NCBI GenBank assembly: GCA_963719465.1
Contig: OY970386.1
Coordinates: 857,451-921,450, forward strand
From: an uncultured Chloroflexia bacterium
Lineage (GTDB): Bacteria > Chloroflexota > Dehalococcoidia > DSTF01 > JALHUB01
Direction of reading: 5' to 3'
DNA: 64,000 nt
This document shows, piece by piece, positions 1-10,039 of this stretch; within the stretch, counting starts at the first letter, position 1, and every line of letters starts with the position of its first letter. Position numbers and translations under genes: made by a program. The notes beneath the pieces are model-generated. The model made no database searches and was not told the origin of the DNA. It saw only the letters and a list, made by a program, of their open reading frames with translations.

Positions 1-1092
1 CTCAGTGGCGGCGTCGGCCGCTGATTACGTTACATTGTCGGGTTCCAACACCCACATCATTACCGTTCCATCCGGCATGGGAGATGCGATGTTCACTGTT
101 TACTGGCTCGCATCTGCTGACCAGCAAACAGACTTGGGAGTTACGGTTCGAACGTCCGGACGGCACGCTGGTGAGTCCGGGAGACCCAGAATCTGCTCGA
201 CGAAGGTGCGGTGACAGACGACGGTGTGTTTGACGTGTTGTTCAAGGGGTTCGCGATGACCGCTCCCGTCGCGGGCGACTGGCAAGTTAGCGTGCAGGGC
301 AACTCGGTGCCAGATGAGGGGCAGCCATATCTCGTCACTCTATCCCCGTTGGACAGCCAGGTCGCTCTAGGGGCAGACGTATCGGAACCACTTGTCCCCG
401 AAGGCCAGCCGGAGGTGATCACCGCCGCGCTTCTGGATAACCAAGAGCCCACCGAGCCCAGCGAAATCTCGGGTCAGATTATCACGTCAGATGGGAACCA
501 AGTGCCGGTCATCCTGCACGATGATGGAAGCGGCGGAGATGAGGTGGCGGGAGACGGCACCTACTCCGGTACGTTCTCGTCCACACAGCAGTGCGGAGAG
601 TACGGGGTAACAGTCACCGCCAGTGGCATGACTTCCGAAGGGCTTGTCAGCCGTCAGCAAGTGGCGTCATTTGAGGTTCAGGTTCCGGGCGACGCGATTA
701 GAGATCCATGCAATGCGGATGACGACGAGGACGGGATAACCGACGCTGACGAGCTGAATGTCGTCGGCACTGACCCACTAGAAGCTGACACTGATGCCGA
801 TGGCATGCCAGACGGCTACGAGCACCTTCATTCGTGTCTGAATCCGCTGGTGAACGATGCCGGAACCGACCCCGACCACGACGGCGTGACGAGCCTCCAA
901 GAGTACACTGCCGGGACTGATCCCTGCAGCGCTGCGCCGTCAGTCGGCGGCATAGCGGAGGCGCCGGATGTGGCTGAGAGCGCGCCTGAAGGATCTTCAT
1001 CCTTCCCCTACGGCATCGCGGGGGCGTCGGCAGGGCTGATCCTGGCGTTCGCGGCCGGCGGCTGGTATGCGATGAGGCGACGGCGGGGTTAG
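1..1092 (+). pseudogene. Secreted Ca-binding-repeat surface protein. The 5' end lies outside the window and the frame is broken twice. The intact C-terminal part is ORF 211..1092
   Basis: ORF 5..214 reads ...MFTVYWLASADQQTDLGVTV and then turns Arg-rich. Removing one base in GAACGTC (150-156) gives RRPDGTLVSPGDP. A second 1-nt shift near 186-190 joins NLLDEGAVTDDGVFDV of ORF 211..1092. Asp-rich DxDxDG repeats (DTDADGMPDG, DPDHDGV). C-terminal VGGIAEAPD, TM helix, RRRRG. Confidence 0.55.
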
Positions 1093-1093
1093 G

Positions 1094-1393
1094 CTACTCG
1101 CCGGGGCTGTTGCGGCGGTAGGAGAGGGCGGCGGAGGGACAGCGGTCGACCTGGGCGATGATGGCATCGGTCGGCGCGCCGAAGGGGTTGACCCAGGGAC
1201 GCTTCAGGGGGTCGAAGACCTGCGGCAGGTCAACGAAGCAGCAGGTGGCGTGGATGCAGAGGTCCGGCTTCCAGATAATCGTTATTTCGCCGTTGCTGTA
1301 CTCGCGGACGGTCTCGCTATAGCGGGGCTCGCGCTTCTCTTCCTCGGTAGGCATCTCGATTCCAGTGTAGGGGGCAGCAGCGCCGCGCGTCAA
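1094..1393 (-). CDS. Small Fe-S protein, YjdI-like divergent 4Fe-4S mono-cluster family
   Basis: 99-aa ORF with the Cys pattern CIHATCCF...DRCPSAALSY. The start may be the internal ATG (MPTEEEK). Confidence 0.6.
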   Translation of the reverse strand: MTRGAAAPYTGIEMPTEEEKREPRYSETVREYSNGEITIIWKPDLCIHATCCFVDLPQVFDPLKRPWVNPFGAPTDAIIAQVDRCPSAALSYRRNSPGE

Positions 1394-2415
1394 TTGGCGA
1401 GCGGCTGGACGGTGACGTCGATGACGCCGGCGGAGAGAGGCGCAAGCTGGGCGAAGGCGGCGCGGGAGAGGTCGACGGCGTTGCCGAAGCCGCCACGGTC
1501 GCAGATGCGGACGCGGATGCAGCGGGCGTCGTGGCAGACGAGAAGCAGGGTGCCGAGCGGCCAGTCGTTGGCGGCAGTGATGGTCGGATCATCGGGGTTG
1601 AAGGAGTCGCCGTCCGCCATGGTGTCGTCGGGGCCGTAGCCGTCGGGGCCGCCGTACCAGGTGGCGATGCCGCTGATGGCGCCGTCGGAGGAAGCGGGCG
1701 GGTCGACGACGACGGGGGCGGGCGCGGGAGCCGGCGGGGGCGCGGGCGTGGGCGCAGCGGTGGCAGTCGGAACAGGCGTCGGAACCGGCGTCGGGCGGGC
1801 GATCTCGGCGGCAAGGACTTCGACGATGGCGACGGTGCGCGTCTGGGAGGCGTAAGCCGCGGCTTTCGATACTATCGCGTGGCCGTCGATAGGAACGGGC
1901 GTCGTCGCGGTCGAGAGGGCGCCACAGGAGAAGACGGCGGCAAGAACGGCGAGCAGGCAAGCGCCTACGGGCACGCTCCACGAGGGCAAGCGCCAGGCGG
2001 GCAGGCTACAGTCAGGCGTATGCCAGACGGGCAGGACGCGTCGAAGCAGGGAGCGACGTTTCGGACGCAAGCGCGATTCGGCGGACGGGCTGACCGGCGC
2101 CGCTTCCGACACCAGGTCGAAGGTGCCGCAGGCGGGCGACTTCGCGGCGGTCGACAGTGCGTCGAGGCAAAGGACGGCGGCGAGGGCGGCAAGCAGGTAG
2201 ATTGCAAGAAGAAGCAGGGAAGGGCGTTTCGGGCGTAAGTGGGATTCGGCGGAAGAGGGGCTGGCCGGCGCCGCTCTGGGTGTGGCGACCGGCTGGTGGA
2301 CCTCGCTCGTGGTGGCGTAGGGAGCGGGCCGTGCTGGTTGGGCGGAGGCGTCCTTTCCGTGGAGAACCGTATCTCTACGCTGCTTCGCGCCTCCCGATCC
2401 CGGCGAAGCACTCAC
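1390..2415 (-). CDS. RlpA-like double-psi beta-barrel (DPBB) domain protein with PT-rich linker
   Basis: The C-terminus GIATWYGG...DGDSFNPDD...CDRGGF...VDLS fits the RlpA/DPBB fold. The N-terminal half holds two diverged copies of an AES(H/R)LRPKR + TM segment. Start uncertain. Confidence 0.65.
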   Translation of the reverse strand: MSASPGSGGAKQRRDTVLHGKDASAQPARPAPYATTSEVHQPVATPRAAPASPSSAESHLRPKRPSLLLLAIYLLAALAAVLCLDALSTAAKSPACGTFDLVSEAAPVSPSAESRLRPKRRSLLRRVLPVWHTPDCSLPAWRLPSWSVPVGACLLAVLAAVFSCGALSTATTPVPIDGHAIVSKAAAYASQTRTVAIVEVLAAEIARPTPVPTPVPTATAAPTPAPPPAPAPAPVVVDPPASSDGAISGIATWYGGPDGYGPDDTMADGDSFNPDDPTITAANDWPLGTLLLVCHDARCIRVRICDRGGFGNAVDLSRAAFAQLAPLSAGVIDVTVQPLAN

Positions 2416-2610
2416 AAGCGGGCATTATCCAGGAGCGGGGGTCGGCGGAGGAATCAGGAAATCACCAACTTACGCCCGAAGAATCCCCTACCGGCGGCCG
2501 GCGCAGATTCGGGGGAGGCAGGGCGACGGCGTCGAATGCCACGGCGCGAGGACGGTTGACGGGCGGCAGCGGCGGCGGTACATTGGCGTTGACAACCACA
2601 TAGGGGGCCG

Positions 2611-2722
2611 ACAGGGGGTCTCGCCTGAGGCGAGGCATGTCGGGGGAAGCCGGTGAGAGTCCGGCGCTGTCGCGCAACTGTAAGTCGGCGCTGACCGACG
2701 AGCCAGGATACCCGCCCCTGTT
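2611..2722 (+). promoter_or_regulatory. Cobalamin (B12) riboswitch aptamer
   Basis: GGGGGAAGCCGGTGAGAGTCCGGCGCTGTCGCGCAACTGTAAG...GAGCCAGGATACCCGCC matches the conserved cobalamin-riboswitch core, including a B12-box-like GCAACTG. Closing helix is ACAGGGG (2611-2617) with CCCCTGT (2716-2722). Confidence 0.8.
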
Positions 2723-2784
2723 CGATCCGAGTACCTTCGCTTGAAAGGGGGACGGATATCATGGGTGCTCCGACGTAGCGCGGT

Positions 2785-2810
2785 CCCGGTCGCCAGGCCG
2801 GGCGTTTTTG
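2785..2810 (+). terminator. Intrinsic terminator, probable riboswitch expression platform
   Basis: CCCGG (2785-2789) / CCGGG (2798-2802) hairpin followed by TTTTT. It sits between the aptamer and the RBS AAAAGGAG plus GTG at 2850. Confidence 0.55.
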
Positions 2811-2849
2811 TGTCTTCCACAATCCAGGACGTAGCGAAAAGGAGTTCTT

Positions 2850-4067
2850 GTGTCTCGTCGAATCGTGGCTTTATTGCTGGCGCTTGGCTGCGTGCTCGCG
2901 GGGACGGCGTCGTCGCTGGCGGCGTCGCCACAGCGGGACGCGGCGCAGCAGGCGCTGGATTATATTCGGACGCTGCAGAACGCGGACGGCGGCTTTCCGG
3001 CCAACGGGAGCGACTCATCGGCGGGCGGGACGCTGGACGCGATGCTGGCGTTCTCGGCGGCGGGCGTCGACGCGGGCGGGGTGAAGAAAGACGGCAAGTC
3101 GCCGCTGGACTACGTGGCGACGCAGGCGGACGCGTATGCGGCGTCGGCGGGCCCCGCGGCGAAGCTGGTGATCGTGCTGAAGGCGGCATCTCAAGACCCA
3201 CACGACTTCGCCGGGGAGGACTTCGTCGCGAAGATGGAATCGTTCTACGAAGGGTCGACGCACGTCTACGGGTCGGAGGTCATCGAACAGGCGCTGTATC
3301 TGCTGGCACGGAAGAGCCTGGGGCTGTCGGCGCCGTCGGGAGCGGTGGACGTGCTGAAGTCGAAGCAGAGGGCAGGCGGTTGCTGGGAGTTCGAGGACGG
3401 CTCCGGCTGCGATACGAACAGCACGGCGATGGCGGTTCAGGCGCTGGTGGCGTCGGGCGTGTCGAAGTCGGACGCGACGGTGCAGGCGGCGATGGCGTAC
3501 TTCCACGCGTCGCAGAACGCGGACGGCGGCTTCCCGTACGTGTCGCCCGACGATTCGGACGCGGATTCGACGGCGTTCGTGCTACAGGCGCTGGTGGCGG
3601 CGGGCGAGGACGTCGACGCGGGCGGGCCGTGGGACAAGGGCGGTATCGCCCCCATGCAGGCGCTACTCAACTTCCGGGACACGTCGTCGAGGGCGTTCAC
3701 GTACGGCGGGCAGGACAACGCCTACGCGTCGTACCAGGCGGTGCCGGCGCTGATGCTGCAGCCGTTGCTATTGCCGCCGAAGGCGACGGCGACGGCGCGT
3801 CCAACACACACGCCGGTTGCGACGAAGACGCCGGTAGCGACGTTGACACCCGTTCCCGCCACAGCTGCGCCGTCGCCGGGGCCGACGCCGATTTCGGTGG
3901 TCCTGCCGGCGACGGTGGCGCCAACGACAATCGCTTCAGATGCGCCGATCAGGCTGGCGTCGGCGGGCGAAGGCCCGAGAAGCGAAACGTCGTCAGAGGC
4001 GATACTTCTGCTGATCGGCGCGGCGTGCGTGGGATTCGGCGCGTCGATTCGCGCGCGGAGGCGGTAG
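2850..4067 (+). CDS. Extracytoplasmic alpha/alpha-toroid (prenyltransferase/terpene-cyclase-like repeat) protein, C-terminally anchored. Candidate corrinoid binder
   Basis: Signal peptide MSRRIVALLLALGCVLAG. Repeated QNADGGFP motifs and a PT-rich linker. Terminal TM ILLLIGAACVGFGA plus RARRR. First gene after the B12 riboswitch. Confidence 0.7.
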   Translation: MSRRIVALLLALGCVLAGTASSLAASPQRDAAQQALDYIRTLQNADGGFPANGSDSSAGGTLDAMLAFSAAGVDAGGVKKDGKSPLDYVATQADAYAASAGPAAKLVIVLKAASQDPHDFAGEDFVAKMESFYEGSTHVYGSEVIEQALYLLARKSLGLSAPSGAVDVLKSKQRAGGCWEFEDGSGCDTNSTAMAVQALVASGVSKSDATVQAAMAYFHASQNADGGFPYVSPDDSDADSTAFVLQALVAAGEDVDAGGPWDKGGIAPMQALLNFRDTSSRAFTYGGQDNAYASYQAVPALMLQPLLLPPKATATARPTHTPVATKTPVATLTPVPATAAPSPGPTPISVVLPATVAPTTIASDAPIRLASAGEGPRSETSSEAILLLIGAACVGFGASIRARRR

Positions 4068-5204
4068 GTGGCGCAAGGCGAGGCGGCATCGGGCAGGGCG
4101 CGGGGCGTCGCGAGGGCCCGGACGGGCAAGCAGTCGAGGGCGAGGGCGGCGTCGCTGCAGGCGGAGGCGTGGTCGGCGTGGCTGCTCGCGGCGTCGATAA
4201 GCGTCTTTCTCACGTCGAATCCGCTCTACCTGGCGACAGCCTGTCTCGTCGGGCTCGTGGTCTACGCGTCGATGCCCGCGCGACGGCAGCGGGGCGCGTA
4301 CGGCTTCATCCTGAAGATAGGACTTCTCTTCGCGCTGCTGAGCGTGCCGTTCAACGTGCTGACGGGCAGCAGCGGGTCGACAACGCTGGTGGAGCTGCCG
4401 CGGCTGACGTTCCCAGGCTGGCTGGGCGGCGTGACCTTCGGCGGGAACGCGACGCTGGAGTCGCTGCTCTACGCGTCGAGCCGGGCGCTGCGACTGATGG
4501 CGCTGCTGCTGTTCGCGACGGCGTTCAACGTCGGCGTGGACCACTACCGGCTGCTGCGATTGACGCCGCGGGCGCTGCGGCAGCTGGGCGTCGTCGTGAC
4601 GGTGGCGGTACTGCTGCTGCCACAGTCGTTCGCGCAGGGACGGGCGGTATCTCAAGCGCAGCGACTGCGCGGGCGGCGACTGCGGGGCGTGCGAAACGTG
4701 GGCGCTTTCGTCGTGCCGGTGCTGGCCGGCGCGCTGGAGCGGTCGATCCAACGGGCGGAATCGCTGGACGCGCGTGGGTTTGGGGGCGGGCGGTTTGAGA
4801 TGGGACACGGGACGCGCCTCTTCTCTATCGCATCCATCGGGCTGCTGGCGGCGGGGGCTTCGGCATATGCATACGACAGGAGTTGGGCGCTGCCAGCATT
4901 CGCCACTGTGGCGGCGAGCGCGGTGCTTGCTCTGCTGGCGCTGAAGGCGCGGGGCCGCGGCTTCGAGGCGACCCGCTACTCGCAGGAGCGGCTGGAGGCG
5001 ACGTCGCTGCTGGTGGTGGGTTGCGCCGCGGCATCGCTGTTGCTGCTGGCGGCGATGCGCGTGGTCGGAGGCGGCGGCATCGACTATTACCCGTACCCGG
5101 CGGCGTCGATGCCACAGTACAGCCCGCTAGTCGCGACGACGCTGCTGCTTCTGCTGGCGCCGGCCTTCTTCGTCGGGCAGACGGCGGAGGGACGCGATGA
5201 TTGA
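4068..5204 (+). CDS. ECF transporter transmembrane T component (EcfT/CbiQ family)
   Basis: Polytopic membrane ORF that abuts the previous stop and overlaps the ATPase start (ATGA at 5197). Arg-rich cytoplasmic loop (QRLRGRRLRG). Start codon uncertain. Confidence 0.7.
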   Translation: MAQGEAASGRARGVARARTGKQSRARAASLQAEAWSAWLLAASISVFLTSNPLYLATACLVGLVVYASMPARRQRGAYGFILKIGLLFALLSVPFNVLTGSSGSTTLVELPRLTFPGWLGGVTFGGNATLESLLYASSRALRLMALLLFATAFNVGVDHYRLLRLTPRALRQLGVVVTVAVLLLPQSFAQGRAVSQAQRLRGRRLRGVRNVGAFVVPVLAGALERSIQRAESLDARGFGGGRFEMGHGTRLFSIASIGLLAAGASAYAYDRSWALPAFATVAASAVLALLALKARGRGFEATRYSQERLEATSLLVVGCAAASLLLLAAMRVVGGGGIDYYPYPAASMPQYSPLVATTLLLLLAPAFFVGQTAEGRDD

Positions 5205-6784
5205 GATAAGCGGTCTCTCTTTCGCCTACCCGCAGGCGTCGAGACCGGTGCTGCGCGACGTATCGCTGTCGATTGCGGACGGCGAGGCGGTGCTGGTGGT
5301 GGGACCGTCGGGCGGCGGGAAGTCGACGTTCCTGCGCTGTTTGAACGGTCTTGTGCCGCACTTCCACGGCGGTCGCTTCGCCGGACGGGTCGTCGTCGAC
5401 GGGCTGGACACGCTGTCGCGGCAGCCGCGCGACCTGGCTGGGAACGTCGGGATGGTGTTCCAGGACCCGGAGAGCCAGTTCGTGGCAGACGTGGTCGAAG
5501 ACGAGCTGGCGTTCGGGATGGAGAACCTGGGCGTGCCGTGGCTGACGATGCGGAAGCGGGTGGAGGAGACGCTGGACGTGCTGGGAATCGCGCACCTGCG
5601 GCGGCGACGGCTGGAGACGCTCTCCGGCGGCGAGCTGCAGCGGGTGGCGATAGGCGCGGTGCTGACGATGCAGCCTCGGACGCTGGTGCTGGACGAGCCG
5701 ACGTCGCAGCTGGACCCGCAGGCGGCGGAGGAGGTGCTGACGACGGTGCAGCGGCTGAACAGCGACCTGGGGATAACGGTGGTGATTGCGGAGCATAGGC
5801 TGGAACGCGTGGCGCAGTACGTCGACCGGGTGCTGTACGTCGCGGGCGACGGCTCTGTGGCATCGTATCCGGCGCGGGAGGCGATGGGCCTGCTGCCGCT
5901 GGCGCCGCCGGTGGCGCGACTCGGCAAAGCGCTGGGCTGGCAGCCGCTGCCGCTTTCGGTGCGAGAAGGGAAGCGCTTTGTCAGAGAGTCGCGACCCGGC
6001 GGCGCGCTATCAGAGCCGGTTGTGTCGCTGAACGGGAGTGGCCTGCGGGTCGACGGGTTGTGGGCGTCGTACGGGGACGGCGATGCGCTGACGGACGTGT
6101 CGCTTGAGGCGGCGGCGGGCGAGATCGTAGCGCTGATGGGGCGGAACGGCGCCGGCAAGACGACGCTGCTGCGATCGCTCGTCGGGCTGATGCCGGCACG
6201 GAAGGGGCAGCTCGATGTGCTGGGGCGCGACGTCGCAAAGAGCAGCACGGAGGAGCTGTGCCGCGAGGTGGCTTTCGTGCCGCAGGACCCGGCGTCGGTG
6301 CTGTTCCGGGACAGCGTCGAAGCGGAGGTGGTGGACACGTTGCGCGGGACCGGCCGGCAGGGGAGCGTGGACGAGGCGCTGGCGGAGTGGCGCCTGGAAG
6401 GGCTGCGTCAGACGCATCCGCGGGACCTGAGCGCGGGAGAGCGGCAGAGAGCAGCGCTGGCGGCGATGCTGGCGGGCAAGCCATCCGCTATCTTGTTGGA
6501 CGAGCCGACGCGCGGGATGGACTACGAGACGAAGGAGCTGCTGGTCGCGAACCTGCGGCGTCGCTGCCGGGAGGGATGCGCCGTGCTCCTGGCGAGCCAC
6601 GACGTTCGAGCTGGTGGCGCAGTGCGCGCAGCGGGTGGTGCTGCTGGCGGAGGGTCGCGTGGTGGCGAGCGGGGGCGTGCGGGACGTGCTGACGGAGTCG
6701 GTGACGTTCAGTACGCAGGTGAACAGGCTGTTCGGCGGAAGGTATCTGACGGTTGAGGACGTGATCGGCGAGGAACGGCAATGA
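5197..6784 (+). pseudogene. Fused double ECF/ABC ATPase (EcfA-EcfA'), apparent 1-nt insertion at 6601-6607
   Basis: Two Walker A (GPSGGGKST, GRNGAGKTT), two LSGGE/LSAGE signatures and two Walker B. After ...LLASHDV the listed frame turns Gly/Arg-rich, while the +1 frame reads ELVAQCAQRVVLLAEGRVVASGGVRDVL...GEERQ and stops at 6782-6784, overlapping the next ATG. Confidence 0.85.
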
Positions 6785-7557
6785 GCAGGCTGGGGGAGAG
6801 CATCTCTTGCGTCGTCCTGGTGCTGATTTCGCTTGCGGCGCCGTCGCGAGCGAGCGCGGACGGGCCGAACCGGGCGGGCGTGGTCGTAAGCTTCGGCGAC
6901 GGGCGAAGCGAGAGCGTGTGCGTCGCCTTCGACGAGCCGGAGATAAGCGGCGCGGAGCTGCTGAGCAGCGCGGGACTGCCGCTGGTGACGATGGGCAGCA
7001 GCGCGGGCGCGGCGGTGTGCAGCATCGACGGCGTGGGCTGCGGGAACCCGGGCGACTGCTTCTGTCGGTGTCACGGCGGCGCCTGCGAGTACTGGGCGTA
7101 CTACAACCTGGAGGACGGCGTCTGGCGGTACTCGGCGACGGGGGCGTCGCTGCGGAAGGTGCACGGCGGCAACGTCGACGGCTGGGCATGGGGGGCCGGC
7201 GGCATCGGGACGGGGGCGCAGCCGGCGGCGAGCCGCATCGAAGACATCTGTCCACCGCTGCTTGCGGCGACGACGGCTGCTCCGACTGCGGCTTCACAAG
7301 TCGAGGCGGCAGCGACGCAGGCGGTGGCGACGGCAACCGCGCCAGCGGCGGCTTCGACGGTCGAGATCGGTCCGGTGACCGTTCTTCCGCCGACGCCCAC
7401 GGAATCGCCGCTTGAGTCGCCTTTGCCGACAGTCGCGTCGTCGAGCGGGGGCGGCAGCAGCGGGCGGCCGACGTGGGAGATTGCGCTGGCGGCGGCGGTG
7501 ATCGCGGCGCTGGCGATGACGTCGCTGGTGCTGTTCCGGGGGCGATTCCGTGGCTAG
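6781..7557 (+). CDS. DUF4430-like (transcobalamin beta-domain-like) extracytoplasmic protein, C-terminally anchored
   Basis: Signal peptide. Core SIDGVGC...YWAYYNLEDGVWRYSATGASLRKVHGGNVDGWAWG with a Cys-rich insert CGNPGDCFCRCHGGAC. TM plus RGRFRG tail. Confidence 0.6.
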   Translation: MSRLGESISCVVLVLISLAAPSRASADGPNRAGVVVSFGDGRSESVCVAFDEPEISGAELLSSAGLPLVTMGSSAGAAVCSIDGVGCGNPGDCFCRCHGGACEYWAYYNLEDGVWRYSATGASLRKVHGGNVDGWAWGAGGIGTGAQPAASRIEDICPPLLAATTAAPTAASQVEAAATQAVATATAPAAASTVEIGPVTVLPPTPTESPLESPLPTVASSSGGGSSGRPTWEIALAAAVIAALAMTSLVLFRGRFRG

Positions 7558-8398
7558 CGTTGAGGCGATTTCGACGAATGCCACGCGGCGTGCGAGTCGC
7601 CGGGGTGTCGTGCCGGCAGGCCTGTTGTCGGGCGCAACGCTGGCGGCGATAAGCGCGGTGGGGCTGGTGGCGTTCCTCTATCCGCTGTTCCTGTCGGGCG
7701 GCGCGAGGTCGTCGAGCATGGGGCAGCCGCATTCCACGGACGCGCCGCTGCTGTTCGGGCTGGTGCTGGCGTTGGCGCTGCTGCTCTTCGTGCTGGAGCT
7801 AGGCGGGCAAGGAATGAACGCGAAGACGGCGTCGGCGCTGGCGACGTTGATGATGCTGGCGGCGGTGCTGCGGATTCCGACGCTGCCGGCGGGCGCGACG
7901 GCGTTCTTCTTCGCGGTCATCCTCGGCGGCTACGTGTTCGGGGCGCGCTTCGGGTTCCTGCTTGGCGCGGGCGCGATGTTCGTTTCGACGTTCGCGATCG
8001 GTGGTTTCGGGCCGTGGCTGCCGTTTCAGGTGTTCTGCGCCGGCTGGGTGGGCATGACGGCGGGCTGGCTGGGGACGTTCCGCGGCAGGCTGCGGCGGCA
8101 TCGCTGGCTGGAGCTGGGCGGGCTCTGCGCGTTCGGAGTCGGCTGGGGGTTTCTCTTCGGCGCGGCGATGAACCTGTGGTTCTGGCCGTTCATGGCTTCG
8201 GGCGAGAGCATCTCCTGGCAGCCGGGGATGGGGCTGGGCGAGACGCTGCGACACTACTGGTCATTCTACGTGCTGACATCGGCGGGGTGGGACGTGTGGC
8301 GGGCGCTGGCGAACGTGGTGCTCATCGTCGCGGTCGGACGGCCGGTGCTGGACGTGCTGATTCGATTCCGCGACCGCTTTCAGATCGAGCTCGGCTAG
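7550..8398 (+). CDS. ECF transporter S (substrate-capture) component. A corrinoid substrate is inferred only from the riboswitch
   Basis: About 6 predicted TM helices. Overlaps the previous stop. Last gene of the riboswitch operon. Confidence 0.6.
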   Translation: MASVEAISTNATRRASRRGVVPAGLLSGATLAAISAVGLVAFLYPLFLSGGARSSSMGQPHSTDAPLLFGLVLALALLLFVLELGGQGMNAKTASALATLMMLAAVLRIPTLPAGATAFFFAVILGGYVFGARFGFLLGAGAMFVSTFAIGGFGPWLPFQVFCAGWVGMTAGWLGTFRGRLRRHRWLELGGLCAFGVGWGFLFGAAMNLWFWPFMASGESISWQPGMGLGETLRHYWSFYVLTSAGWDVWRALANVVLIVAVGRPVLDVLIRFRDRFQIELG

Positions 8399-10039
8399 GC
8401 GGGCGGCGGGAAGGTCATGCTCTCGGCGAAGGCCTGTCGAAAGTCCTCGCGGCCGACGAGCTCGACGTGGCGGGTGCGTCGAGCAAGGCGTACAGCCTCT
8501 CTCATTCGATCCGGGTAGACGAGCGCGAGCTTGGCACCGAGGCCGGCGGTGTTGCCGACGGCGTGAATGCGGCCGCGCACGCCTTCGGGCACGAGGCCGA
8601 GGGTCAGGAGGCTTTCGGCGCGGAGGGAGCTTCCAAAGCCGCCGGCGACGAAGACGGCGTCGATTGCCTCGGCCTCGATTCGCTGCTCTCGCAGAAGCAG
8701 GTCGATTGTGGCGCGAACGGCGGCCTTGGCGAGCTGCACTTCGCGGATGTCCTGCTGAGAGATCGCGATGTCGCCGTCGCCTTCGACGAGGAGGAAGCGA
8801 CGATCGCCGGCGTCGTCGCGGAGACGGCGTCGCAGGTCAGCGGGCGCATTCGCCGGCGCTTTCGTGGGCGCGACGAAGCGGCCGGAGGGCAGGACGAGGC
8901 CGCTTCGAATCAGCAGGGCGACGGCGTCGATGAGGCCGCTGCCGCAGAGGCCGGCGGGCGCGGCACCGTCGATGGTCTCGAGCTGGAGGCGGCCGTCTTC
9001 TTCGTCGACACGCTCGATGGCGCCGGGCAGGGCGGGCATGCCGGCGGAGATGTGGACGGCTTCGAAGGCGGGGCCGGCGGCACAGGAGGCGGCCGCGAGG
9101 ATCCGGCTCGACGCGAGGACGACTTCGCCGTTCGTCCCGAGATCGATAAAGAGCGAGAGGCCGGGGCGTCGAGCGAGGTCGAGGCCGAGGACGCCAGCGA
9201 CGATGTCGGAGCCGACGTGGCCGCCGATACCAGGCAGCATCTGAATCTCGCAGGCGGCGAAACGCTTGAAGCCGATGTCGCGGGCAGGGAACGGCGGAAG
9301 CTGTCTGAAGACGGGCTCGTAGGGGGCAACGCCGAGCGGCCAGGGGTCGACGCCGCGAAGGAGGTGCATCATGGTCATGTTGCCAGCGGCGGTTACGAGC
9401 GAGACGGCGTCGGGAGTGATGCCGGCGGCGCGGCAGAGGGCGGCGAAGCTTCTCTCCAGATGAGAGACGAGAACGTCGCTGGAGCTCCCGCAGCTCGGCG
9501 GGGCCGCGATGGGCGTAGGCGATGCGGGAGACAACGTCGGGGCCGAAGGCGGCCTGCGGGTTGGCGAAGGAGTCGACGCCGAGCTGAAGCGCTTTCGACA
9601 GGTCCATCAGATAGCAGACGACGGTTGTGGTGCCGACGTCGACGGCGATGCCAAAGCCCTCCCGCCTTCGCTCTTCGCGGCGAGCGGTGGGAGCCCTGGC
9701 CTCCGTCAAGATGCGGATGCGACCGCGACGGGCACGGGCGACGCGCTGGGGGATGGCGACGCGGCAGTCGGCGGCAAGGAAGGTCAGGCAGGCGAGACGC
9801 CAGCCGTCGGTAAGCTCGGCTTCGGGGAGAAGGGCGGCGTCTTCAACCGTCGGCGAGGGCGCGCCTTCGAGGAAGCGGACCTTGCATTCGCCGCAGGTGC
9901 CACGGCCGCCGCACTCGGAATCGATGGCGATGCCGGCGGAGCGCAGGGCGTTGAGCAGGGAAGTGCCGACGGCGACCTGGATGTCGAGGTCGACGCCTTC
10001 TACGGCGACGCGAACGAGCGGCCTTGATTCGTCAGGCAT
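8395..10039 (-). pseudogene. RACo-type corrinoid reductive activase (2Fe-2S ferredoxin + ASKHA/DUF4445), apparent 1-nt insertion near 9471-9477
   Basis: N-terminus is CGGRGTCGECKV ferredoxin, then GIAVDVGTTTVV. The frame is lost after ...GPAELRELQ. The other frame continues DVLVSHLERSFAALCRAAGI...DLGTNGEVV...LCGSGLIDA to 8395. ATG 10039 overlaps the corrinoid-protein stop (ATGCCTGA). Confidence 0.8.

Noticed and set aside
2741-4798. 685-aa ORF, plus many other long ORFs (e.g. 8014..9813, 14588..15787, 25235..26620, 36223..37314, 37336..38418, 44189..45574, 45442..46770, 20503..21951).
   Set aside because: They overlap well-supported genes in other frames or on the opposite strand. They translate to Arg/Gly/Ala/Pro-rich low-complexity strings, as expected from stop-poor frames in high-GC DNA, and have no motifs or RBS.
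6601-6607. Programmed +1 ribosomal frameshifting at GAC GTT C.
   Set aside because: Three sites share the same codon phase. The same 7-mer also marks breaks where it lies on the template strand (57082-57088) or in another phase (9471-9477, 150-156). A translational mechanism therefore cannot explain the set.
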